DNA of 43,158 nucleotides. It comes from a virus. Lineage: Duplodnaviria; Caudoviricetes. Both the position numbers and the translations under genes were made by a program. The notes below the pieces were generated by a model, which ran no database searches, was not told where the DNA came from, and was given only the letters and a program-made list of their open reading frames with translations. Positions 1-7,173 of the stretch are shown one piece after another; the stretch's first letter is position 1; the number at the start of each line of letters is the position of its first letter. The stretch covers positions 1 through 43,158 of IMG/VR virus record IMGVR_UViG_3300042904_000017, one strand, 5' to 3'.

Positions 1-17
1 TGCGGGCACATCCCACG

Positions 18-30
18 TAAGTCATTGATT
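18..30 (-). promoter_or_regulatory. IHF consensus site (duplicate copy at 43049-43061)
   Basis: Reverse strand AATCAATGACTTA matches WATCAANNNNTTR. Confidence 0.55.
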
Positions 31-62
31 CCATTAGCAACACACTAGCTGATACAACTAAT

Positions 63-108
63 AAGCCTCACAAGGTGCCCGCATGTGGCCCTCGTGGGGC
101 TTTTTTTT
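63..108 (+). terminator. Rho-independent terminator
   Basis: aagcctcac...gtggggctt stem followed by T8. Confidence 0.65.
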
Positions 109-195
109 ACTGACTCGCTGGTCAGTTATCGGTGCCTGCATCAGGGCATCAGTCCGTTTTCCCTTCAGGTGTACCCTACGTCCCCCATCAGAACA

Positions 196-259
196 CCCAC
201 AGAGTCCCACAGGAGCGCCTACACGCCCACCACAGGCATTGGGTGGCACACACCCACAG
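196..259 (+). repeat. Short CCCACAG repeats near the presumed left end
   Basis: CCCACAG at 196, 206, 253 and CCACAG at 230; reminiscent of T7 terminal short repeats. Confidence 0.4.
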
Positions 260-320
260 GGACAACGCATGGCCTCTCATAGGGCCTCTATAGAGCTACT
301 GAGGGGCTCATAGTGAAACC

Positions 321-387
321 CTATCGATTACTCAACTGTTCATTGAAAGAAACAATTGCACAATCGAGACTGTTCCGATTATGATTC
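321..387 (+). promoter_or_regulatory. Sigma70-like early promoter 1 overlapped by a tandem operator-like array
   Basis: TTGCAC(356)-18 bp-TATGAT(380); GTTSC-N6-GSAAC-like units at 321/338/355/372. Confidence 0.6.
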
Positions 388-430
388 AGTCCATCAACCG
401 CAACTAACCGAACAACAACAGGAGCAGCAA

Positions 431-652
431 ATGAACATCGTCCGAGTAATCGCTACCGTTATGCGTGATGGCGTAGCAGTCCAAGTACCACGCAGTGAAG
501 CGGAGCAATTCACGGTCTACACCGGCCATCTAGACACCTTCCTGTGGGCCGCTGACCTGTCCACCTACGGCGAAGCCATGAGCATTGCCGCCATCCTGGC
601 CTATGAGGACGGCGCAACGGTGAGCGATGAGACCACTGCAGCAGGCCAATAA
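431..652 (+). CDS. Hypothetical early protein
   Basis: AGGAG RBS before ATG 431 (upstream TTG start lies inside the promoter). Confidence 0.75.
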   Translation: MNIVRVIATVMRDGVAVQVPRSEAEQFTVYTGHLDTFLWAADLSTYGEAMSIAAILAYEDGATVSDETTAAGQ

Positions 653-673
653 GACAACCACTAGGAGCTAATC

Positions 674-1129
674 ATGAGTAACGTAATTCACCAAGAAATC
701 ATTGAGCAACACGGGATCAAATTCCTTGTGGAGATTGAGCCCGATAGCGATACAGGTGCACCTTGGGAAAACCAAGACATCCTTGGCGATGTCACCGATT
801 GGGAGATGCGCTCTAAGCACCCTAGTGAGCGTGTGCTGAATCAAGACCGTGGCTCGTATCGCTTCTATGACTTCCAGTCAGCCATGAAGAAGGCACGCAA
901 AGAGTTCGGTAACACCAAGGATGCCGTCCGCGCGGTGGAGCGTGAGTTCTCGTGGCTGCGTGACTGGTGCAGGGACGAGTGGTCCTATGTAGGGGTGATT
1001 GTCACCGTACTAGATGAAGACGGCAGTAAGACAGAACGGGAAGATGCACTCTGGGGCGTTGAGGATAACGACGGATACCCAATGCAGGTGGCACAAGAGC
1101 TGGCTATGGGTCTTGGCATTTTCGAGTGA
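674..1129 (+). CDS. Hypothetical early protein (acidic, Trp-rich)
   Basis: 151-aa ORF, ACTAGGAG RBS. Confidence 0.85.
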   Translation: MSNVIHQEIIEQHGIKFLVEIEPDSDTGAPWENQDILGDVTDWEMRSKHPSERVLNQDRGSYRFYDFQSAMKKARKEFGNTKDAVRAVEREFSWLRDWCRDEWSYVGVIVTVLDEDGSKTEREDALWGVEDNDGYPMQVAQELAMGLGIFE

Positions 1130-1139
1130 TTTTTTTACC

Positions 1140-1178
1140 CACATAGTTCCACATAAGGAACAATTGCAACTAGGAGAT
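1140..1178 (+). promoter_or_regulatory. Operator palindrome GTTCC-N6-GGAAC overlapping a weak phage-promoter-like motif and an RBS
   Basis: gttcc acataa ggaac at 1146; CCACATAAGGA matches the promoter core. Confidence 0.5.
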
Positions 1179-1182
1179 AATA

Positions 1183-1425
1183 ATGTGCAAGAGCAAAGGC
1201 TACAACGGCCACAAGAACTGGAACCACTGGAACGTATCCCTGTGGATCAACAACGATGAAGGTCTGTACAACTTGGCTAAGGCGTGCATCCGCAACAACC
1301 CGAAAGACCGCGCTGAGGCCGCTTGGGAGATGTGCGCGAACCTGCGCGGGAATGGCATCACTAAGACCCCTGATGGTGCGCCTTACTCGGTCTCCAGCAT
1401 CCGTGCTGCTATGGTGGGGATGTAA
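1183..1425 (+). CDS. Conserved phage hypothetical protein (YNGxxNWxxWNVxLWIxNDEGLY motif)
   Basis: Motif familiar from small phage proteins; strong RBS. Confidence 0.85.
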   Translation: MCKSKGYNGHKNWNHWNVSLWINNDEGLYNLAKACIRNNPKDRAEAAWEMCANLRGNGITKTPDGAPYSVSSIRAAMVGM

Positions 1426-1427
1426 TC

Positions 1428-1505
1428 ATGGCCCTCGTCATCATCGCCTGTGTGGTCACCGGCTACATCATCTCGCGGCCTGTAGTGCGCGCCCTGGGGG
1501 TGTGA
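1428..1505 (+). CDS. 25-aa hydrophobic peptide
   Basis: MALVIIACVVTGYIISRPVVRALGV fills the gap between two genes. Confidence 0.5.
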   Translation: MALVIIACVVTGYIISRPVVRALGV

Positions 1506-1506
1506 C

Positions 1507-1752
1507 ATGCGCCTGCATCTCATCTCCCCGAACATCATCGAAGTGGCCTTCAGGGACGGCACGTTGGTGCTGTTCTTCCACGACTGGCCGGTAGCTGCCC
1601 ATACCCCACAAGGGTTGGCATATCGGACCACTAAGCAGCTCCCTGCAGGGGCATCCAGCGCTATCCGCGTGTGGCTTGGTCAGCACCCCGCAAGGGGCAC
1701 CTACTCGATGCCGCAAGAGTGGTTTGAGCACCTCATTGAGGACCGCTGTTAG
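1507..1752 (+). CDS. Hypothetical early protein
   Basis: 81-aa ORF in a tightly packed operon. Confidence 0.7.
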   Translation: MRLHLISPNIIEVAFRDGTLVLFFHDWPVAAHTPQGLAYRTTKQLPAGASSAIRVWLGQHPARGTYSMPQEWFEHLIEDRC

Positions 1753-1783
1753 AATCTCCTAAGGGAATCACTGGGAGAACACC

Positions 1784-1885
1784 ATGCGCAAGCCTAACGG
1801 TGTGCCAATGCCTCACCCTGTGGTGTGTTTGGTAGTGGCTGGTCTGATCGGAATGGGGCTGTGGGTCTTCCCATTCCACCTCTAA
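1784..1885 (+). CDS. 33-aa membrane peptide
   Basis: GGGAG RBS; MRKPNGVPMPHPVVCLVVAGLIGMGLWVFPFHL with one hydrophobic segment. Confidence 0.55.
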   Translation: MRKPNGVPMPHPVVCLVVAGLIGMGLWVFPFHL

Positions 1886-1904
1886 CACAAAGCCCTGGCC
1901 GCGA

Positions 1905-3221
1905 TCAGATGGTCAGGGCCACTTTCCCGAGCCATTCAGCTTTCACCCTGAGCCCATAGCCGGTGCCGTACTGGTTCCCGATACCCTCGCTGGCCCATCC
2001 TCCGATAGCCAGGCGGACATCCTCAGGGCACTGCACGTCCCTCAAGCGGTCCGCCATGGTGTGCCTCAGCTCGTGGACGATGTGCTTGATGCCCTGGGCC
2101 TTGAACCACTTGATGAGCGTTGCTGAGGCGCTATCGGCCTTGGTCTCCGCCTCCTTGTTGTACTGCGGGAAGGCGAACTTCTGGCCCTTCTTGGCCCTCT
2201 CACAGATACGCCTGGCTGCCCACAGAGCCATGCCGGTGAGGGGCACCTGGCGTTGGCTCTCGGCGGTCTTCACGGACCTCCACGGATGCGGCTGGATGAC
2301 GATGTAGGGCACCTCAGCGTTCACGTGGATGTCCTCCAGGGGCAACCCTGCGATCTCCGCCAGCCTGGCTCCGGTGTCCATGAGCATGGCAGCAAGCCAC
2401 CTTGGCCCATCATCCTTGGCCTTGCAGAGCTGGGCCAGGTTGAGCAGCTCGTCACGCTTGAATGGGTTGCGCTTCCTCCTGTCCTTGCCCTCATCAGGGA
2501 TCGGCAGGGACGCGAAGGGGTTCCTGCGGTCTATCTCCTTCTCCTTGAAGTAGGACGACAGGATAGCCGCATAGGCGTTGACCAGGCGGCGAATGGTGCC
2601 CGTGGAGGCCCCTTCGGCTTGGAGCCGGGAGACCACGCTGTGTGCATCCTCTCGCGTGATGGCATCGACTACCTTGTCCCCGATCATGGCCGTGATCTTC
2701 CCGAAGGCCATCGTGGCGTACCCTACGAACTTCTGGTCGTTCTTCTTCTTGTGCCGCTCCAGGTACAGCTTCAGGGCATCGCTGAGGGTGTCCTTCAGTG
2801 TCCCGGCGATCATCTGCGCTGCAGCGATCTCGTGGGGCGCCAGGTAGTCCCCTGCGGATGCCATGCGGTACACCCGTTCGTCTCCAGCCGCGTGCAGCTC
2901 CCGCTTCCGGTCCAGGTGGTCATAGAGCAGGGATAGGGCCTGTGGGTCCCGCTCGCCCAGGTCAATGCCCCACTGCGTGAGCAGCTCTGCGGCCTTGGCC
3001 TTGGTGGTCTTAGGGGGTGCCGTGAGGTTGCCCCGCATGGATGCCCATTCGGCCTCCAGTGTGGCATTGAGGCGCTCCACCTGGGCCGCAGCCAGCCTGG
3101 GGTCCGTGGTGGTGAGCTTGATCTTGACCCGCTTGGATTCGTAGCGGGCCTGAAGATCATCGGGGATCGCGCGCTGGAAGTAGATGGTGTTCCCTCGCTG
3201 GTAGGCGTAACGAATTGACAT
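1905..3221 (-). CDS. int: Tyrosine integrase 2 with DUF6538-type N-terminal arm-binding domain
   Basis: DTGARLAEI (R), VKT (K), HELRH, IGGW, NQYG (Y); N-terminal YFQRAIPDDL...LTTTD motif; likely start MSIRY at 3221. Confidence 0.9.
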   Translation of the reverse strand: MSIRYAYQRGNTIYFQRAIPDDLQARYESKRVKIKLTTTDPRLAAAQVERLNATLEAEWASMRGNLTAPPKTTKAKAAELLTQWGIDLGERDPQALSLLYDHLDRKRELHAAGDERVYRMASAGDYLAPHEIAAAQMIAGTLKDTLSDALKLYLERHKKKNDQKFVGYATMAFGKITAMIGDKVVDAITREDAHSVVSRLQAEGASTGTIRRLVNAYAAILSSYFKEKEIDRRNPFASLPIPDEGKDRRKRNPFKRDELLNLAQLCKAKDDGPRWLAAMLMDTGARLAEIAGLPLEDIHVNAEVPYIVIQPHPWRSVKTAESQRQVPLTGMALWAARRICERAKKGQKFAFPQYNKEAETKADSASATLIKWFKAQGIKHIVHELRHTMADRLRDVQCPEDVRLAIGGWASEGIGNQYGTGYGLRVKAEWLGKVALTI

Positions 3222-3255
3222 CGAAAGTAGTCCAGAAGTAATTTTCATCTCAAAG

Positions 3256-3448
3256 ATTACCACACTTTCTACCACACTCCCGTGGTGAAAAGAGGGGGGT
3301 TATCCTTTGTAATCAGGGGTTTATGGGAAAAGTCTCGCCCCCTTCTCCGGCACCAATTACCACATCTCTTAAAGCCCTCCCCCTGTAGAGGGGGAAGCCC
3401 AAGCGGCGGATCAGGGCGATTACCACATAGATTACCACGTTTTACCAC
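3256..3448 (+). other. Candidate attP2: tRNA-3'-like core CCCTTCTCCGGCACCA (3340-3355) with TACCAC arm repeats and an IHF-like site
   Basis: (A/T)TTACCAC at 3256, 3356, 3419, 3431, 3441 and TCTACCAC at 3268; AATCAGGGGTTTA at 3311; adjacent to the int2 5' end. Confidence 0.7.
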
Positions 3449-3451
3449 GCG

Positions 3452-3480
3452 AAAGCCTCAGGTCACCCCTGGGGCTTTTT
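3452..3480 (+). terminator. Rho-independent terminator downstream of the attP2 core
   Basis: aagcctcagg/cctggggctt stem plus T tract. Confidence 0.7.
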
Positions 3481-3539
3481 GCCTTCTTCTTGTCATTCTT
3501 TCATCAATATAGTTTTTGACTATCAATTTTCGATAATCG

Positions 3540-3590
3540 ATTGAAACAATAAATTTCCACAATCGGAACTGTTCCGTTACAGTGACTACA
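3540..3590 (+). promoter_or_regulatory. Sigma70-like early promoter 2 with operator units; paralogous to promoter 1
   Basis: TTCCAC(3555)-17 bp-TACAGT(3578); shares attgaaa...cacaatcg..actgttccg with 342-377. Confidence 0.6.
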
Positions 3591-3708
3591 TCGCATCTGC
3601 AAATGTTCCTGATGCGGGGCTGACCGGAGCCTAGTTCAAACGCCGGGGCATCGTGCGGACGCCCAATCGGGACAAGCGATGCACCTAGAACCCTCGCTGC
3701 GGTGAGGG

Positions 3709-3751
3709 CCTAGGAGTGAGGGTCCCACGGTGGGGCCTTCATCACTAGGAG
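3709..3751 (+). promoter_or_regulatory. 43-bp hairpin element (RNase III-site-like), copy 1
   Basis: CCTAGGAGT-stem-loop-ATCACTAGGAG. Confidence 0.55.
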
Positions 3752-3761
3752 GCAATACAGA

Positions 3762-4508
3762 ATGGCAAATGCACGTAAGCACATCGAGACCGAACGCAAA
3801 GAGGTGGTGAAGGTCAAGGAAATCTCCCAGGAGATGGTTACGCTGGTCATGACCAAGGCCGAAGCGGAGACCCTGCGGGTAATCCTGGGGCGTGTGGGCG
3901 GCAATCCAGAAAAGTCCCCACGCCGCTACGCAGCTCGCATCTTCGCTGCTTTGGGCGATGCCGGAGTGGCTTGGGAGACGGATCACTACAAGACTGACCC
4001 AAGCTCCAGCATCCACTTCCTCAATTACCCCCAGAAGGCCAAGAAGGCCCCTGAGGTGGTCCTGCAGGCTGCTGCCCCTCGCGGTCCTCGGGTGGGAGAC
4101 ACCATCGAATTCCGGACTAACTACGCTGGAGTGGCGAAGAAGGGAGAGCACATGGTCATCACGAAGTGCCCTGCGGACGGTTACACGGTGGAATCCGGCG
4201 TGGTCTTCGGCATCACGAACGGTGGTAACAATTGCTGGATCGGCCCGGTGAACTACCGCCTGATTCCTGCTGAGGAGCTTCTGAAGTTGGAAGTAGGCGC
4301 CCGGATCGAGATGCTTGAGGACCATGGCAGTGCACGGAAAGGTCTTCAGGGAACGATTATGAGGATCACGGATAGCCACCCTAACCCTTCCCCAGGCGAG
4401 ACCAAGTTGGTGACCATCCATTTTGACAAGGGCATCACGGTAGTGATGTACGAGAAGCGCTTCAAGGTGATCTCGCCTACCCAGGACACCTTCGCCCTGG
4501 CCGCGTAA
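3762..4508 (+). CDS. Hypothetical protein (248 aa)
   Basis: AGGAGG RBS; phage-like codon usage. Confidence 0.85.
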   Translation: MANARKHIETERKEVVKVKEISQEMVTLVMTKAEAETLRVILGRVGGNPEKSPRRYAARIFAALGDAGVAWETDHYKTDPSSSIHFLNYPQKAKKAPEVVLQAAAPRGPRVGDTIEFRTNYAGVAKKGEHMVITKCPADGYTVESGVVFGITNGGNNCWIGPVNYRLIPAEELLKLEVGARIEMLEDHGSARKGLQGTIMRITDSHPNPSPGETKLVTIHFDKGITVVMYEKRFKVISPTQDTFALAA

Positions 4509-4556
4509 CACCTCAGGGCTCCCTTCGGGGAGTCCCCTTAGCCTCCCCACGGAGGC

Positions 4557-4599
4557 CCTAGGAGTAAGCCTCGGATGGTCCGGGGTTTATCACTAGGAG
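4557..4599 (+). promoter_or_regulatory. 43-bp hairpin element (RNase III-site-like), copy 2
   Basis: Same ends and length as 3709-3751 with a different but still paired stem. Confidence 0.55.
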
Positions 4600-4824
4600 C
4601 GTTAGTGGTTCGCTAACCATATCCCCCACCTACCACCTAAAACGCGTGGGGAGTCTGTTGAAATTAGAACACGTCTTTGTCATAGATTTCTCACGGAATG
4701 TAACACAGCAACTAACGATGAAGCACGGAAATGTAGTCTTACTCCTACAACTGCATGGCAATACTTGCAGAATAAAATAAACCATCGCCTCGTGGAGGCG
4801 AACTTCTTCTAAGGACAAACGAGT

Positions 4825-5031
4825 ATGTTCATTAAACTGTGGGGCCTGGAGATTTTTGCCGAGATCGTTCCTATTGCGGAAAAATTCATTGACCGGTACA
4901 ATTCCTCAGACGAAAATCATTTCTGGTTCGGACCGCTCCATGTGGTCTGGAACCACACAGGAGAGAAAAATGAATGGGGAAAAGAAGATGGAATCACTGA
5001 TGGCAGCCCTGGAAACGTTCCGGGGCCTTGA
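4825..5031 (+). CDS. Hypothetical protein
   Basis: AAGGA RBS; overlaps the start of the next gene. Confidence 0.45.
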   Translation: MFIKLWGLEIFAEIVPIAEKFIDRYNSSDENHFWFGPLHVVWNHTGEKNEWGKEDGITDGSPGNVPGP

Positions 5032-5296
5032 TCCCGACATGCCGATGGCAATGGCCCTCAGCCTCTTGGTCATTTCCAAGAACGAGGGTCTAAGCCTGAA
5101 GGAGCTTGCCGAGAAGGTAGGCATCGGGATGGCTTCGGTGTCCCGCTACGTTGCCTTCTTCGGCAAGCCCAACGCCTCCGGCAAGAAGGGGTTGGGCCTG
5201 GTGGTCGCCGTTGAGGACCCTCTGGAGCGCCGTAAGAAGACCATCACGCTCACCGCCAAGGGCCGGGCAGTGATCGCCAAACTGGAGGCCGCCTGA
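4970..5296 (+). CDS. MarR-like winged-helix DNA-binding protein (candidate repressor or directionality factor)
   Basis: HTH LSLKELAEKVGIGMASVSRYV and wing DPLERRKKTITLTAKG; GGAG RBS; stop overlaps the int1 start. Confidence 0.85.
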   Translation: MNGEKKMESLMAALETFRGLDPDMPMAMALSLLVISKNEGLSLKELAEKVGIGMASVSRYVAFFGKPNASGKKGLGLVVAVEDPLERRKKTITLTAKGRAVIAKLEAA

Positions 5297-6348
5297 TGCC
5301 CATCAAAAAGAGAGGGAACTCCTACCAGGTCACTGTCGGCTCTGGGAAGAACCGCTACCGCCAGATGTTCCCGGACGAGGGGGACGCCAAGCAGGCGGAG
5401 CTGGACGAGATCAAGCGTAGGAAACTTCAGGGGACCTCAGTGGCCCCGAAGCCAGCGAGCGAGACCCCCAAGGGTAAGACCCTACAGGAGGCTTACGATC
5501 TGACCTTGCGCCTGCACTGGAAGGGCACCGCTGCCGAGAAGACCCACAAGATCAACTCGAAGGCCGTTCTGGACTTCCTCGGGAGGGACACCCCGCTGAC
5601 CAGCATCACATCGGAGATGGTCAACGAGATGATCTTCGAGTTCGAGGATCAGGGGAACTCCGGCTCCACGGTGAACAAGAAGGGCTCCTGCCTGCGGATG
5701 ATGTTCAAGACCGCAGTGGAGCAAAAGTGGGTCAAGGAGTTTCCCAACCCGCCATTCCGCAAAGAGGCCAAGCACCGCATCCGGTGGATGGACGAGGCGG
5801 AGGAGGGGAGGGTCCTGGCCCTGTGTGACCACCTCGGACTGAGCGACCTGAAGGACTACATCATCGTCGCCATCGACACAGGCTTCCGCCGTGGTGAGAT
5901 GCTGGGGTTCAAGCCTCAGGACTTCTCGAACGGCCTCCTGCACCTCCACGAGGGGGAGACCAAGACGGAGGAAGCGAGGTCCGTGCCGGCCACCAGGCGG
6001 GTCACCGAGGTCCTCAACCGCAGGTCCAACAGGCCGTACACCTTCTACCCCCTTACGGTGTACACTCTGCGCGCCCAGTGGGAGTACCTGCGGGAGCTGC
6101 TGCAGATGCAGGCGGACCCACAGTTCGTGGTCCACATGCTCCGGCATACCTGCGCGTCCCGCCTGGTGCAACGTGGGGTGCCCCTGGCGATGGTCCAGAA
6201 GTGGATGGGCCACAAGAAGATCGAGACCACGCTGCGGTACGCGCACCTGGCCCCGAACAGCCTGCTGATAGGGAAGGAAGCCCTGGAGCAGGGCGCAACG
6301 ACGATAACCCCGCTGGAGGCCCCTGAGCTGGCCGAAGTGGACTTTTAA
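5296..6348 (+). CDS. int: Tyrosine integrase 1 (typical position for temperate T7-like phages, upstream of RNAP)
   Basis: DTGFRRGE, TKT, HMLRH, WMGH, RYAHL catalytic motifs. Confidence 0.95.
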   Translation: MPIKKRGNSYQVTVGSGKNRYRQMFPDEGDAKQAELDEIKRRKLQGTSVAPKPASETPKGKTLQEAYDLTLRLHWKGTAAEKTHKINSKAVLDFLGRDTPLTSITSEMVNEMIFEFEDQGNSGSTVNKKGSCLRMMFKTAVEQKWVKEFPNPPFRKEAKHRIRWMDEAEEGRVLALCDHLGLSDLKDYIIVAIDTGFRRGEMLGFKPQDFSNGLLHLHEGETKTEEARSVPATRRVTEVLNRRSNRPYTFYPLTVYTLRAQWEYLRELLQMQADPQFVVHMLRHTCASRLVQRGVPLAMVQKWMGHKKIETTLRYAHLAPNSLLIGKEALEQGATTITPLEAPELAEVDF

Positions 6349-6357
6349 GGAGGGCTT

Positions 6358-6513
6358 ATGCAGCCACAGATCAAATGGACCGGATACTGCTGGTGGTGTT
6401 CCACCCCGGACGGCCGCTATCAGGACGGTGCCCCTGGAACTTCACCTGAGGACGCCTTCAAGCGGTGGGAGGCTCTGAGGACTCCACCTAAGCCCTGGTG
6501 GAAGCTTTTCTGA
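6358..6513 (+). CDS. 51-aa hypothetical protein ending KPWWKLF
   Basis: AAGGAGG RBS; not in the supplied track because it is under 60 aa. Confidence 0.7.
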   Translation: MQPQIKWTGYCWWCSTPDGRYQDGAPGTSPEDAFKRWEALRTPPKPWWKLF

Positions 6514-6522
6514 GGAGGGCAC

Positions 6523-6723
6523 ATGCACCCGCAGACAAGAGATGAGCTGAACCAGCTCCACGGGAAGGTGCAGGACCTGGAAGCGGAGATCACCAACGCC
6601 GCAGCCCAAGCCCTGGACAACGAGAAGGACCTGACCACCTTCAAGCTGGAGGTCATGGCGAAGCTCGAAGAAATGAGCAAGAAGATCGACCAGATACACA
6701 AAATCGTCCACTACGGGCGCTGA
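6523..6723 (+). CDS. Small coiled-coil protein
   Basis: GAGGAGG RBS; heptad pattern. Confidence 0.75.
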   Translation: MHPQTRDELNQLHGKVQDLEAEITNAAAQALDNEKDLTTFKLEVMAKLEEMSKKIDQIHKIVHYGR

Positions 6724-6724
6724 C

Positions 6725-7017
6725 GTGTGCCCATTATGTGCCCGCGATGTGCCCGATAAGAGTCCGATTCGCCCCCTCCCAGGACAAATTCCTCAATCTT
6801 TTCAACGCTGAACCAGATTGAGGTGCTAGTCCCCGAAAGGGGGTGGAAGTTCGAGTCTTCTTGACCGCACCAGACTTTTCCACGAAGGGGAACCTAAGAA
6901 TCCACACGGATTTCAATAGGTTCCCCTTCTTTTTCGCCAGATAGTTGCAAATGTGGAAGTGTTCCTGACATGCATAACTTGCATGGCAGGTGTGCCCGCT
7001 GACACGCGATGTGTCCG
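6725..7017 (+). other. attP1: 55-bp core equal to the 3' half of tRNA-Leu(GAG) (6818-6872), with RTGTGCCC arm repeats
   Basis: Anticodon loop TTGAGGT, variable arm cccc-gaaa-gggg, T-arm ggaag-ttcgagt-cttct, TGACCGC-A-CCA; no 5' half; arm repeats at 6725, 6736, 6747, 6990, 7009. Confidence 0.9.
6884..6934 (+). terminator. Strong terminator downstream of the attP1 core
   Basis: 13-bp perfect stem gaaggggaaccta/taggttccccttc plus T5. Confidence 0.8.
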
Positions 7018-7069
7018 CCCGGCTTAGACTCAATTGATTCCTATATTGCAACTGTTCCTCCATTGCAGC
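6944..7069. promoter_or_regulatory. Operator-like arrays upstream of the RNAP gene
   Basis: GTTSC-N6-GSAAC-like units at 6944/6961/6978 and 7037/7054. Confidence 0.55.
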
Positions 7070-7082
7070 CACATAAGGATAG
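7060..7082 (+). promoter_or_regulatory. Phage RNAP promoter candidate upstream of the RNAP gene
   Basis: CCATTGCAGCCACATAA|GGATAG matches the repeated motif. Confidence 0.6.
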
Positions 7083-7173
7083 ACCGAGGGTGAACCTGAA
7101 GGGTACATCCTAAGTATTCATCTTCAATAGATTAAACCTATTGGAGAGACATCTATAGATAATCTACAAGCGG

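Noticed and set aside
321-387. Periodic repeats here and at both att sites as a CRISPR mini-array
   Set aside because: Units are 8-17 bp and degenerate with no spacer-length unique sequence; no cas genes.
4630-4818. Minus-strand 62-aa ORF as a divergent repressor
   Set aside because: No HTH pattern or RBS; the AT-rich tract looks regulatory rather than coding.
6790-6872. Functional tRNA-Leu gene
   Set aside because: Only the anticodon loop to CCA is present; the 5' acceptor strand and D-arm are missing, so it is treated as an att core.
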